Shown here one piece after another: positions 1 to 10,504 of a stretch of DNA of 64,000 nt; position 1 is the stretch's first letter, and each line of letters begins with the position of its first letter. Both the position numbers and the translations under genes were made by a program. The notes beneath the pieces were generated by a model that was not told where the DNA came from, made no database searches, and saw only the letters and a program-made list of their open reading frames with translations. Location: sequence record NC_070956.1. One strand, 5' to 3'.

Positions 1-2
1 CT

Positions 3-2468
3 AACATTTTCAAAGTTGGTGGGTACTTCTACCTGATGGTCTATAACGACGAAAATATAGAAGGCATCGACAGCACCGGATACGTGTTAGCAAATGCGGC
101 GGGTTGGTTGTGCCGTTGTCCCGTGGCGGATCTAACCAACCCGAACAAACCGACGATGGTTTTCCAGGCTGTTAATCTTACCTACGACAACTTGCGTCGG
201 GAAAGACGTGTCAACCAGTCTGCATTTAGCATTGATCGTTGGGAGCGCAACGCTAACGGATTTACGTCAGGTCTCGGATGCCGATTTGGATCCAATACCG
301 TGGAACTGATGTCACACCGTCGACGAGCAATGATTTTCTGCCCCAACCCCAACAATGAAAACGTCATCGCGGTGAAAATACTCTTCATTGTTAGGACGGT
401 AAGAAGGACGCAGTTTGGTAACGTGGCAAGACAAGTTACAATGGCAGCGGATTACACCTTTGACGCGACAACCAACACTCTGGCGCTCAGTCCCAAATGG
501 AAATACGTGACCTTAGACGAAGCAAACGAGATTCCCACCAACCTTGATCAAGAATCCCTTAATCGCCAATGGCTGACGGCAGGTATGGTGACCGGCAATA
601 CTGGTAGAAAGGGTATCTATACGTACGGTGGGACACGTATAAACGTTTCGTTCATACCGGGATACGGCTATATCGGGCAATATAGTGGTGCAGATGGAGG
701 TCTACCACACGCGATCTGTAAGACCTTGGTAAACCCGTCCAGGGATCCGTCTAGGGATTGGGAGTATTTCCAGCAACCCACAACTTACATCATGCCTAAT
801 GGAGAAAGTAACGACGGTACCAATGGTATTAGTTATGAGACACCATTCGGTTTCATGGCGTATCCGGTCTGGAACGTTGACGTTTTCAATATCAACGGCG
901 TGAATAGTCCCACACCTGTAGAATTATTCATGGGGTTCAGCCACGATAAAGCCGAAACATTTTTCTATCGTGAATGTGAACCAGGTGACGGAACCAAGTA
1001 CCTCCAGCGACCGGAGTTGAAACTTTTGTCCGGTATCACCCCCTATTCCAGGCAAATGAATAGCCGGTACGGAATTGTCAAAGGTATGCACTCTTACATG
1101 GGAAGGGTGAACAATCCCAGATCCAGGGATAAGTACAGTGCGGAGTACGGGTGCTTCTCAGTCCATTGGAATGGAGTCCCGGCAAAGCCGCCCAGGTTCA
1201 CCATCGTTCCAGGTCGTAACGCCAACCCCAGTGCGCCTGTTTATGGTCCCGACAGAGGTATCTACATCCCTCTGATATGTGAACATGAATTAGCTAATGG
1301 GGTCATGACGGTTCGCTCTACTCCAGCTGGATCGGTTTATCTTCCCGTTTATATATGGAGTGAATGGAAAGATCGCATCACAAATGCCGAACCATGGCCG
1401 TCAATAGACATGTCTGTCGACTTTTACCTCTGTGCTAAAAAGGATGGTACACCCCTTGGTCGCAGACACTCGTATGCAGTATTCACGTACCATACGACGG
1501 ATAATCCCTTGGATATTAAACAGGTGATCTCTAAGTTCACTTGGGATACTAACGGCCAAATGCCGGATGGAACACCCATTATGAGGGTTAGTTCCGAACA
1601 GTATCCGTTCACTTCTGGCATCACAGGAAACCCTCTTAAACCCAAGAGAGACCTGGCTCCAGGAGAGACTAACATCCACATCCCTGCCGCCAGTAATGAC
1701 GTGACACACCAACCTAATGGTCAGTGGAGTTACATTGATCCTAGCGCGCTTTCTAGGATGTCATTGCAGGTCTTGGAATATCCCGAGTTGGGCCCTGACC
1801 AATTCACTATCTGGGGTTATTCGGGATGGAGATTATCCACTGTTTCTTATTCACGGATCTTCACGTTTAACGACACCAACGTTCCGTCGCACACAGCCAA
1901 CAACATCAAAGCTTACTCTCCATGGACTGGTGCTTATGTTGGGTATGGTGCGTTCCAAATCGCTCATCCCGATTACGACATGTGTGCTGGTCTGAACTTT
2001 AATGATGTTGGTGGTGGTGCCATGAATTTGGTCGTTGCCAATGGCGGGCGTCAAATACTCATGGGAAGCGTGTTCTCAGTGGGTAACTGGAGTGTCTTCG
2101 TAAACAGTGATGTGACGGTGACCTTTAACGGTTACTCCATGACCGCTGTTAAACGTAACTTCGACCTTCGTGATTTCAGTGAGAAGTACAGGGATAATGT
2201 GTTCTACATATACTGTGTCGCTAGAGGGTCTAAAGCCGAGTATGAGCTCACCCACATACTGAGACACTCCAGAGGTGATTGCTTGTTGATATGTAAGATC
2301 ACAACTGGTTCCCAAGGGATCTCGTTGATTGAACGTTATCAACCTTTTGCCATCAATGGTTCTCCTATGACACCTGTGCGGGATGCAGGTATTCCATACA
2401 CGACCGGCAACATGTTCGAAGATGGTGAATGGAACCACATCAAGAAATCAGAGTTGTATATCGACTAA
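3..2468 (+). CDS. Tail fibre / baseplate-associated virion protein, 5'-truncated by the window edge
   Basis: Frame is open from base 3 (NIFKVGGYFYLMVYN...), so the Met at 36 is probably internal. Beta-rich; C-terminal FAINGSPMTPVRDAGIPYTTG resembles MPVIDGRRMSWYGYGSTVPVLLG in the next gene; lies in the tail module near the spike gene. Confidence 0.65.
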   Translation, partial: NIFKVGGYFYLMVYNDENIEGIDSTGYVLANAAGWLCRCPVADLTNPNKPTMVFQAVNLTYDNLRRERRVNQSAFSIDRWERNANGFTSGLGCRFGSNTVELMSHRRRAMIFCPNPNNENVIAVKILFIVRTVRRTQFGNVARQVTMAADYTFDATTNTLALSPKWKYVTLDEANEIPTNLDQESLNRQWLTAGMVTGNTGRKGIYTYGGTRINVSFIPGYGYIGQYSGADGGLPHAICKTLVNPSRDPSRDWEYFQQPTTYIMPNGESNDGTNGISYETPFGFMAYPVWNVDVFNINGVNSPTPVELFMGFSHDKAETFFYRECEPGDGTKYLQRPELKLLSGITPYSRQMNSRYGIVKGMHSYMGRVNNPRSRDKYSAEYGCFSVHWNGVPAKPPRFTIVPGRNANPSAPVYGPDRGIYIPLICEHELANGVMTVRSTPAGSVYLPVYIWSEWKDRITNAEPWPSIDMSVDFYLCAKKDGTPLGRRHSYAVFTYHTTDNPLDIKQVISKFTWDTNGQMPDGTPIMRVSSEQYPFTSGITGNPLKPKRDLAPGETNIHIPAASNDVTHQPNGQWSYIDPSALSRMSLQVLEYPELGPDQFTIWGYSGWRLSTVSYSRIFTFNDTNVPSHTANNIKAYSPWTGAYVGYGAFQIAHPDYDMCAGLNFNDVGGGAMNLVVANGGRQILMGSVFSVGNWSVFVNSDVTVTFNGYSMTAVKRNFDLRDFSEKYRDNVFYIYCVARGSKAEYELTHILRHSRGDCLLICKITTGSQGISLIERYQPFAINGSPMTPVRDAGIPYTTGNMFEDGEWNHIKKSELYID

Positions 2469-2473
2469 ACCAC

Positions 2474-2500
2474 GGGGAGGGAGACCTCCCCCATTTATTT
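2474..2500 (+). terminator. Rho-independent terminator
   Basis: GGGGAGG-GAGA-CCTCCCC followed by ATTTATTT just after the stop at 2468. Confidence 0.75.
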
Positions 2501-2516
2501 ACATGAGAGAGTCTTT

Positions 2517-5500
2517 ATGTATGTAGATAAGGATAAGCCCCAACCCCCACTGGACGAACGTACCGATCCGGTAGGGGTCGTACTTGAAGCGTTCATTGAG
2601 AACGATCGTAAAGTACAAGAAGTGACGGGTGATATCGTTGACACGATAAAGGACATCCAGAACGCACAGGCGTCAGCCACTCAGAAACTTGACAAGTTTG
2701 ATGCCGACGTTAAGGCAAAACTTAAGACCCACGTTGATAAACGCGGGGCAGTTCACGGGGAGAATAAGCACACAGTAGGATTGGGGAACAAGGATAACTA
2801 CCCAATGGCTACAATGCAGGAACATGTGGACGGTAAGGCTCTAGCTTACGCACACCCCTCCGGTCTCCGCGAGTTGGTGGAATCCAGAGTAAAAAGTGAT
2901 CCTACCAAGTATATTCCTGCTCGAGTAATACCTCTGGCTTCTGGTGGGATGTTGGGTGATATCCCTCAGTACCACATGGATTTGAGTATTGGCGAGCTCG
3001 ACCAATCCAAACAGGACCCCAATCTTCACTTAGGGGAAACCCCTTGGGAATTTAGCACCACCTCAGGCGCTCTGATATTCCCCACGATTAATAACGCACC
3101 TCACCATGGGCGATACACACAAGTCCCACAAGGAATGAACGTGTTCAGTCACGGACCTCATGGTGGGACGAAAATCCGAGTCTATAATAAGACCCTGGAT
3201 AGTCGGAGGACACGTCCTTCCTTTATTCGTGGTTGGGGCGATACTTCAGGTGCCCCTGAGCAATTAGGCACTTGTGTCAAAACAGGGAGTTCGCTCTTCG
3301 ACAAGACACACGTTATTTACCGTGAAAATAACTGGTTGCTTCGGTCCTTTAACAAAAACGCACTCCCCTCCGATGTGATAGAGATATATAAACACTATTC
3401 GAAAGAACCAGAAGGTATCTTCGAGTACGCAGAGGGATTTCTCTTTAACTATTGGGTAACACCCCTCAACGCTATCGTCCCCGGCGGATCAGTTGCCGAA
3501 CCGCATATCAAGCTGGATATGCGGTGCTTTAAAATGGACGTGGCTGATTACCGTGCCGCCCAAGGAGCGGTGAGTCTGAATGGGGAACAGCGGACGACTC
3601 TTGGGGACACCACCCAAACGTTCTCTGCGACAGTGCCCGCGCACAACAAAATGGTCTTTGGTGGTCAAGCCGGTTCCGGGATTGGTTCTATTTATATTAG
3701 GTTGAACCGCCTCTTGTCACTCCCTGCCGGGATGGAGAATGCGTTTCTTGCCAATCTGAATCAAAACCTCGTGCGACAGTTAACCTTCGCGTGGCGCAAC
3801 CGGATGAGTTACCACGGTCTGTTCAGGATCCCTGTAGGTTGGTGGAACAAACAAAAAACTAAATACTGGCACGCCTGGGTCGATTTCGAGATTATCGATC
3901 GTCCTTTCTATACTGGGCTCAATAACCAGCTTCGTGTGTTAACAGCAGATCCGTCTTGGAACGCAGTCCAGACTGTCGATGCCAACTGGAACGTGACCGG
4001 GTCAGGAATGTTCAAAGAGTACCGCGCTGACATCAAAGATAACCCGATGCACCCCTTGGCGCTCGGTGGTATCTTCGAATCCCAAGGCGGTCACATGAAG
4101 ACCTATACCTTGTATGGAAGACAGTACACTGCCTACCATCAACACGACATGGGTCAATCGCTGGATTTCATCACTAAGGGTAACGCCCCTCTTCCTCCTC
4201 CGACCCAGAGCGAGTACAGTGCCAGGTCCACCTTGAACGGTACCGGTCTTTATGGGGACCACCTCCGACACATTCCTGTCGATATCGACCAACAGACCGG
4301 TTTGGTGACGTACCTTACTCACGTTCGCGATTATCGTGATCGTTATCGGTGGGCCCGTGTGGTCATCGATGGAGAACAGGAAGTCGTCCAGGACAGGTTC
4401 TACGGGAACTACCTTGGTCCCAAAGTCCAGAAATTGGACTGGCTCCCAGGGATCAAAACACCCAGACCGTTCGTTATTTCCAACGATGACTTCCAACCCA
4501 CGATGAACATCAACGGGTTGGTCTTTACAGCCGAAAACAAGTTTCTTGGCTTTGGTAGTTTCAGAACCAATGAAGCTAACCAGGATTACCTTGAATACGT
4601 TGACGAGATTCGACTGGACGAGCAAGTTATTGCTTGGGTGAAGAGTAATGCCGGCGGGTTTACCAACCCTGATTTACTCTTCTTCTATTTCAGGGGGAGT
4701 CTGTTCTGGTTCTGTCGCTGTTCCGATCCGGGTGAATATCCGGCTGACGGAAAGGATTGTTACTACGGCGTAATAAAGGACTGTGGTGTCAAACTCGATG
4801 GTGGTGGTGCCCGTGTCATGGGTCCGAATGGTTCTATCGCTGATTCAATCACGATTAACAAATTCAACTTAATGACCAAAAATAGTTTACTGGTCGATCA
4901 AGCGGAAGTTTACGGGATAGATTCCCTCTCCGGTCGTGATGTTTACATCATGATGACTCAGCATCATAACGATTCAGGAACCCAAGATCATGACGTAATG
5001 GTCAACATGGGTCCTTTCAACAATTTCTATATTGAAATGAAGTTGATACGTTCTGGTGATGGCGCCATGACGTTTAGACCGAAGCCCGAGGCGATCGATC
5101 CGGTATTCCCTTACACAGAGAGCAATGGTTTCCAAATAGACTATGACGCACACACTCTGTACGGGACAAAAATTCCGGAAAGATTCCACGTAAACTATCA
5201 GTCCCCCGTGATGTTGAAGAAAGGGATGTGGAGCTACCGTAAAACCCCCAATAACTTTGGGTTCTTTACACGTCGACATGGGTTCATTACGATAACCGGT
5301 TGTGTAATGGCCAGTTACTATGGGACAGACGTTTATCCAATGGGATCGGTACTCACGGTTTCCGGGAAGAACACAGTGGTCAAGAAACCGGTCCAGTTTA
5401 GTCCCGACGACATCGATGGAAGTTCGGAACTGTTCGTCAGAATAGTGGGTGATGAGCCTGTACTCTACGGTACGAATTTTAATCCCAATGGTTACGAGGT

Positions 5501-8500
5501 AGAACCACATAACGGCGCTGCTCCAGCTGGTTGGGGGTCTGGTTCGAACTTCTATTACTACGACCCGGCTAGTTGGAGAAATACTTTCATGCCGGTGATA
5601 GATGGACGGCGGATGAGTTGGTATGGCTACGGTTCGACTGTACCCGTTCTTCTGGGGAAACCTGGAGAAGGACTTCCTATCAACAGGTATTACTTTGGAA
5701 CCCAAAGTACCCAGATGACCTGGGACACCGCTAAGGGAAGGGTGGTGAAGTTTGATACCGAAATAGCCACCACTGTGGCTGTAAACGGAAACGCAGAAGT
5801 GACCGGAAGTGCTACGCAGTATGTTATTCCTGCACAGTACACTGGGGTGGTGACAATCGACCTTTACAACGCCAATAAACTCATCTGGGCACCAGGACTG
5901 ACAAACCTGATCCGGTTGGGGAGTGAAATAATGGAGGTTGACTTCTCTGGTTCTGACCAGTTTACGATTTCGGCCCCACTACCAAAACGTGTCACTAGTC
6001 TGAAGCGTGCGTTCTATAAAGCTAAGGGTGCGAGTTATCCTGGACTTCAAAATTGGAACGTGACGGGCGTCACCGACTTCACCGAGTGTTTTGCTGAAAC
6101 CACTGCATTCAACCAAGATCTTAGCAACTGGACCTTCGTTATGGGGAGGACATTGCGAGGGATGTTCCAGAACGCTGTGGCGTTCAACCAGCCTGTTCCT
6201 GGAACTTGGTTCCAATACATCCTGGATTGCTCCTACATGTTTGCTGGTTCAGGTGCGTTTAACAAACCGCTAACTGGAACTGCGTTACAGTGTAAGACAG
6301 CCATCGGTATGTTCCAAGGCTCCAAAGTGTTCAACTCCAGTATCAATGGACTCAAGTTCCTGGAAATTGTGGATATCTCTGATTTCTTCAGGGAGTCGGT
6401 CGTTTTCAACCAATCCATAAATGGATTTGACGTTTCGAAGGTTGAACGCGCTGAAAGGATGTTCCAAGGTGCGAAAGGGTTCCTTCAACCCATCACACTC
6501 AACATGAAACAATGTCATTCAGTGTCAGGGATGTTCAAAGATAACCTTGTGTTTAATGCACTTGTGAATATCTCGCTCCCTATCTGTACTGACTTCAGCC
6601 AAATGTTCATGGGAACCAAGCTGTTCAACCAGAAATTGCCTGAATGGTCATTTAGTCCCAGGACGACATTGCTAGAAATGTTCAGGGGCTCCGAAGCGTA
6701 CAACCAGTCCATGGACCACTGGATGATGGAGCGAGTTGCTTCTGTTCGCGGAATGTTCCGTGATGCAGTCGCGTTCAATACTCCGGTCAAGACTTGGAAA
6801 TTCTACAAGCTGAGGGATTGTGCTTATCTGTTTGCGGCACCGAACTTTAATGCTGATGTGAATGACATCCAATGGCCTAACGACAAGACCCTGGATATCG
6901 ATGCCGGTGGTATTTTCTACGGTGCGTTGGTATTCAACAAACCACTGAATAAGTGGAACGTGAGTGCGTTTGGTCAGTTAAACGGCATGTTCAACAACGC
7001 TCCTGTCTTTAACCAGGATATTTCCATGTGGGATACCAGCAACTGTTGGCGAATGGCGAATTTGTTCCTGAGAGCCACAGCGTTCAGCGGGGACATTTCC
7101 AAGTGGGACGTCAGTAAGGTAATTGATTTCTCGCAGTTCGCTGCTAATGCGATCAATTTCAAATCTGACCTTTCCAAATGGAAAGTGAGTGCTTGTCTGA
7201 ACTTCAACCGAATGTTCCGTCATGCCCTGGCGTTCAACTCACCAATAGGTGATTGGGATGTGAGTAATGGTGTTGACTTCGAAAGCATGTTCGATGCGTA
7301 CCACATAACGGAGACTGTTACCGAACCCAGTTACGCCATGACCTTTAACCAGGACATCAGTAAGTGGAATGTAGGTAAGGGTGTCAAGTTCAATGCAATG
7401 TTCCGTAAGTGTGAGTCCTTTAACCAGGATATCTCCAACTGGAACATGGCGAATGCAGAAGAAACTGGCGCGATGTTCCAGAACTGTTACCTCTTCAACG
7501 CGGACCTCTCCAAGTGGAACCCGGGACGTTTGATGAACATCAAGTACATGTTCTATAAGGCCATCTCTTTCAACAGAAGTATTGGTCATTGGGATGTGAG
7601 TCGTTGCACAGAGTTCACCCAGGTATTCCTTGGTGCAATCGAGTTCAACCAAAACCTTAATAACTGGAACGTTTCTAACGGTACAGACTTCAAGGGGATG
7701 TTCGAGAACGCTGTCAAGTTCAACGGGACTATCGGTGGATGGGATGTTCGGAAGGGTGTAGCTTTCAACCGGATGTTCTGGCATTGCTTCGCGTTGGATC
7801 AAGACATCTCGGCTTGGAGAGTTGACTCTGGTCAAAACTTCCAGGACATGTTCCGTGATTGTTACTACTACAACTCTCCAATGAACGATTGGGGAATGGG
7901 TAATGCGATTACTTGTACCGACATGTTTACAGGTTGTCTGACGTTCAACCAGCCGTTGGATAAGTGGAATACTAGCCGTGTCACCTCGATGCAGGCGATG
8001 TTCTACAAGACACCGAAGTTCAACCAGAACCTCAATAGCTGGACGACATCCAGTGTGCTGAACATGGCTAACATGTTCAAGGGTGCGAATGTGTACAACC
8101 AACCCATGGACAAATGGGATGTGAGTAAAGTCACCGACTTTACCAACATGTTCGGCCCTATCGCCGACACTGATCCGTACGCATTTAACCAACCTCTCGC
8201 TACTTGGAACACCGCTTCTGCGGTAAACATGACCGCGATGTTCAGGATGTGTTGGAACTTCAACCAGAAACTCACTGGTTGGAATACATCCAAGGTTACC
8301 AATATGACAGCAATGTTCTATCGTTGCGAGCGTTTGGTCGATCCTGATGTCAACGGCTGGGATGTTAGTAAAGTTCAGTCCTTCCAATCCATGTTCCAAG
8401 GTTGTCCGTTGTTCTATGGTTCCCTGTTCGCCTGGCGTCCGGTGGAAGCACGGAATATGTCCGAAATGTTCCGCGATGCAGTGAAGTTCAATTCCAACAT

Positions 8501-9452
8501 TAGTAGTTGGAACATGACTAAGGTCGGTACGTTTGCCGGCATGTTCCAGGGTGCAAGAGCGTTCAACCAAGACATCTCCAGTTGGAATACTAACGCGGCT
8601 ACTGACATGTCCAACATGTTCTTTGGTGCGGTAGCTTTCAACGCACCTATTGGTAGTTGGAACACTGGTAACGTAAACGACATGGCCGATATGTTCCACG
8701 GCGCTACAGCCTTTAACAAGCCGATCGGAAACTGGAACGTGAGTAACGTAACAGCAATGAACGGAATGTTTACTGAGGCCACGGCGTTCGCCCAGGACAT
8801 CTCGGGTTGGAATGTTGGTAAGGTGGCGAACTTCAACTCGATGTTCCGTGCTGCATTGAACTTCAACAGCCCGGTTAATGACTGGAATGTTAGTTCTGCG
8901 ACACAGATGGGTTCGATGTTCAAGGGATGTCCTAAGTTTAACCAACCACTGAATAAGTGGGACGTTAGCAAGGTGACAAACTTTGGTTACATGTTCGATG
9001 GTTGGGAAGATTACCCTAACGGCACCACAGTTTACGACATGATCTTTAACCAAGATCTGTCCATGTGGAACGTTAGTGCTGGTACCACTTTCCATTACAT
9101 GTTCCGGAACTGTACTGCGTATAACCAGTCCATGGCTAATTGGAAGGTTGGTAATGCAACGACCATGGTCGCCATGTTCTCCAACTGTAAGGAACTCACC
9201 GACCCGGGTATCGGTATTTGGGATGTTCGTAAGGTTACACTGGCTAACTACATGTTTGCTAGTTGCTACAAGTTCAATTCCAACATCGCACCTTGGAGTA
9301 CGTTGGTGTGCACCAACATGGATTCCATGTTTGAGAACGCTAAGTTGTTTAACCAAGATCTGAGCGGGTGGAACGTTGCCAAGGTAACGACACACACTAA
9401 CTTCGATACTGGGGCGACAGCTTGGACCAAACCTCGTCCTAACTTCGTCTAA
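2517..9452 (+). CDS. Giant tail-fibre-family protein (2311 aa) with C-terminal DUF285/BspA-type leucine-rich-repeat solenoid
   Basis: N-terminal HVDKRGAVHGENKHTVGLGNKDNY fits the H..H..T...VGL.N.DNY fibre-attachment motif; C-terminal ~1130 aa is tandem W(D/N)VSxVTxMxxMFxxxxxFNQxLxxW repeats; no signal peptide or lipobox. Confidence 0.8.
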   Translation: MYVDKDKPQPPLDERTDPVGVVLEAFIENDRKVQEVTGDIVDTIKDIQNAQASATQKLDKFDADVKAKLKTHVDKRGAVHGENKHTVGLGNKDNYPMATMQEHVDGKALAYAHPSGLRELVESRVKSDPTKYIPARVIPLASGGMLGDIPQYHMDLSIGELDQSKQDPNLHLGETPWEFSTTSGALIFPTINNAPHHGRYTQVPQGMNVFSHGPHGGTKIRVYNKTLDSRRTRPSFIRGWGDTSGAPEQLGTCVKTGSSLFDKTHVIYRENNWLLRSFNKNALPSDVIEIYKHYSKEPEGIFEYAEGFLFNYWVTPLNAIVPGGSVAEPHIKLDMRCFKMDVADYRAAQGAVSLNGEQRTTLGDTTQTFSATVPAHNKMVFGGQAGSGIGSIYIRLNRLLSLPAGMENAFLANLNQNLVRQLTFAWRNRMSYHGLFRIPVGWWNKQKTKYWHAWVDFEIIDRPFYTGLNNQLRVLTADPSWNAVQTVDANWNVTGSGMFKEYRADIKDNPMHPLALGGIFESQGGHMKTYTLYGRQYTAYHQHDMGQSLDFITKGNAPLPPPTQSEYSARSTLNGTGLYGDHLRHIPVDIDQQTGLVTYLTHVRDYRDRYRWARVVIDGEQEVVQDRFYGNYLGPKVQKLDWLPGIKTPRPFVISNDDFQPTMNINGLVFTAENKFLGFGSFRTNEANQDYLEYVDEIRLDEQVIAWVKSNAGGFTNPDLLFFYFRGSLFWFCRCSDPGEYPADGKDCYYGVIKDCGVKLDGGGARVMGPNGSIADSITINKFNLMTKNSLLVDQAEVYGIDSLSGRDVYIMMTQHHNDSGTQDHDVMVNMGPFNNFYIEMKLIRSGDGAMTFRPKPEAIDPVFPYTESNGFQIDYDAHTLYGTKIPERFHVNYQSPVMLKKGMWSYRKTPNNFGFFTRRHGFITITGCVMASYYGTDVYPMGSVLTVSGKNTVVKKPVQFSPDDIDGSSELFVRIVGDEPVLYGTNFNPNGYEVEPHNGAAPAGWGSGSNFYYYDPASWRNTFMPVIDGRRMSWYGYGSTVPVLLGKPGEGLPINRYYFGTQSTQMTWDTAKGRVVKFDTEIATTVAVNGNAEVTGSATQYVIPAQYTGVVTIDLYNANKLIWAPGLTNLIRLGSEIMEVDFSGSDQFTISAPLPKRVTSLKRAFYKAKGASYPGLQNWNVTGVTDFTECFAETTAFNQDLSNWTFVMGRTLRGMFQNAVAFNQPVPGTWFQYILDCSYMFAGSGAFNKPLTGTALQCKTAIGMFQGSKVFNSSINGLKFLEIVDISDFFRESVVFNQSINGFDVSKVERAERMFQGAKGFLQPITLNMKQCHSVSGMFKDNLVFNALVNISLPICTDFSQMFMGTKLFNQKLPEWSFSPRTTLLEMFRGSEAYNQSMDHWMMERVASVRGMFRDAVAFNTPVKTWKFYKLRDCAYLFAAPNFNADVNDIQWPNDKTLDIDAGGIFYGALVFNKPLNKWNVSAFGQLNGMFNNAPVFNQDISMWDTSNCWRMANLFLRATAFSGDISKWDVSKVIDFSQFAANAINFKSDLSKWKVSACLNFNRMFRHALAFNSPIGDWDVSNGVDFESMFDAYHITETVTEPSYAMTFNQDISKWNVGKGVKFNAMFRKCESFNQDISNWNMANAEETGAMFQNCYLFNADLSKWNPGRLMNIKYMFYKAISFNRSIGHWDVSRCTEFTQVFLGAIEFNQNLNNWNVSNGTDFKGMFENAVKFNGTIGGWDVRKGVAFNRMFWHCFALDQDISAWRVDSGQNFQDMFRDCYYYNSPMNDWGMGNAITCTDMFTGCLTFNQPLDKWNTSRVTSMQAMFYKTPKFNQNLNSWTTSSVLNMANMFKGANVYNQPMDKWDVSKVTDFTNMFGPIADTDPYAFNQPLATWNTASAVNMTAMFRMCWNFNQKLTGWNTSKVTNMTAMFYRCERLVDPDVNGWDVSKVQSFQSMFQGCPLFYGSLFAWRPVEARNMSEMFRDAVKFNSNISSWNMTKVGTFAGMFQGARAFNQDISSWNTNAATDMSNMFFGAVAFNAPIGSWNTGNVNDMADMFHGATAFNKPIGNWNVSNVTAMNGMFTEATAFAQDISGWNVGKVANFNSMFRAALNFNSPVNDWNVSSATQMGSMFKGCPKFNQPLNKWDVSKVTNFGYMFDGWEDYPNGTTVYDMIFNQDLSMWNVSAGTTFHYMFRNCTAYNQSMANWKVGNATTMVAMFSNCKELTDPGIGIWDVRKVTLANYMFASCYKFNSNIAPWSTLVCTNMDSMFENAKLFNQDLSGWNVAKVTTHTNFDTGATAWTKPRPNFV
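6044..9420 (+). repeat. ~43-44 tandem ~25-aa (75-bp) DUF285/BspA coding repeats
   Basis: Counted by eye from LQNWNVTGVTDF to FNQDLSGWNVAKVT; degenerate at DNA level (recurrent ATGTTC and TTCAAC(C)A). Confidence 0.9.
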
Positions 9453-9469
9453 CAAACATAATTAAAGTA

Positions 9470-9510
9470 ACCCTCACCTCCCTTGACGGGGAGGTGAGGG
9501 TCTTTATCTT
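9470..9510. terminator. Bidirectional terminator between convergent genes
   Basis: CCCTCACCTCCC-TTGACG-GGGAGGTGAGGG with A-rich 5' and T-rich 3' flanks. Confidence 0.85.
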
Positions 9511-9515
9511 ATTTG

Positions 9516-10484
9516 TTAGGTTTTAGCCACATCAGTAACGCCGTTGCCATTCTGAACCTTACCGTGCTTGTGCGAATCAAGATCATTACTACCTGATTTC
9601 ACACCAGACTTACCAGTAACAGTACCGTCAGAAGTAACATTACCAGTATTGGTAAAGTTACCTGTTTGATCCGTGTCACCTTCATGTGTTACGTCCCCTT
9701 TTATAAAAATGTTGGGTGATCTGAGATTGGTTTGTTTCCCAATATCAAGGTTCATGCTTTCTTCACATTGGATATCCAACACCTTCGTCTTGACCGCGAT
9801 TTTCTCCTTGGCCCTGAGAAGCATTGTGTCTTCACAAGTAGCGGTGATGTTTTTCTTTTCAATAGCGACAATGGACTTCTCTTGGTTTTGGAAGGCCCAC
9901 ATGTGTTCCATGCTATTGAGTACAAAAGCATTCTCCTCACCATCAACTAATGAGAAACCACCATTCCCAGTATCCAGTGTGATCGCATAACTGGTTGGCT
10001 CGCCATTACCTTGTCCTGTAAGCAGTTGGAACTTCTTGGTATGGGTGCTGATCAAGAAGATGTAATAGTTGTCGGTATTGAAGGGTGAATCTTCATTCAC
10101 CTTGGGTGAGGCAGAAATAGCCCAGATGATGGTTTCAAGACGAAGCGTTCCATCCATACCGAAATACATCCAACGATACGTGTTGGTACCCTTGAACTTA
10201 TAAACAACTACCTTACTACCTTTCCGTACATCTGGAGAGGTGATCCGGTTGGTATTGAACGGCAGCCAGATGCAAGGTGTACCATTCGAGCGTAAAGCTT
10301 TACTGGAGTGTGTATCTCCTGTAGGGGATTGAGTTGTTACCTCAACATCTTCTACTGATGCTTGTAGTCCACCATCCGCTTCTGGGAAAAGTGATGGAAT
10401 ATAAACCAACACCTCATCGGTATTTGTTTGTTTATCTTCCAATACTTCGCCAACACCGAAGCATTCTAAAACGTTATCGATCAT
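9516..10484 (-). CDS. Baseplate central spike (phiKZ gp164 / P2 gpV-like)
   Basis: N-terminal OB-fold-like region, beta-helix-like repeats (TGNFTNTGNVTSDGTVTG) and the C-terminal metal-binding HxH tip (LDSHKHGKVQNG); adjacent to an SbcC-like gene as in phiKZ. Confidence 0.8.
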   Translation of the reverse strand: MIDNVLECFGVGEVLEDKQTNTDEVLVYIPSLFPEADGGLQASVEDVEVTTQSPTGDTHSSKALRSNGTPCIWLPFNTNRITSPDVRKGSKVVVYKFKGTNTYRWMYFGMDGTLRLETIIWAISASPKVNEDSPFNTDNYYIFLISTHTKKFQLLTGQGNGEPTSYAITLDTGNGGFSLVDGEENAFVLNSMEHMWAFQNQEKSIVAIEKKNITATCEDTMLLRAKEKIAVKTKVLDIQCEESMNLDIGKQTNLRSPNIFIKGDVTHEGDTDQTGNFTNTGNVTSDGTVTGKSGVKSGSNDLDSHKHGKVQNGNGVTDVAKT

Positions 10485-10504
10485 TATGACTCCAAGAGGA
10501 AAAT

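Noticed and set aside
6044-9420. Regular 75-bp repeats as a CRISPR array or DGR target
   Set aside because: Coding, degenerate repeats without identical direct repeats or spacers; no cas gene, reverse transcriptase or template repeat seen
7239-9455. 738-aa minus-strand ORF
   Set aside because: Antisense shadow of the DUF285 repeats: no RBS context, and its periodicity mirrors the sense gene
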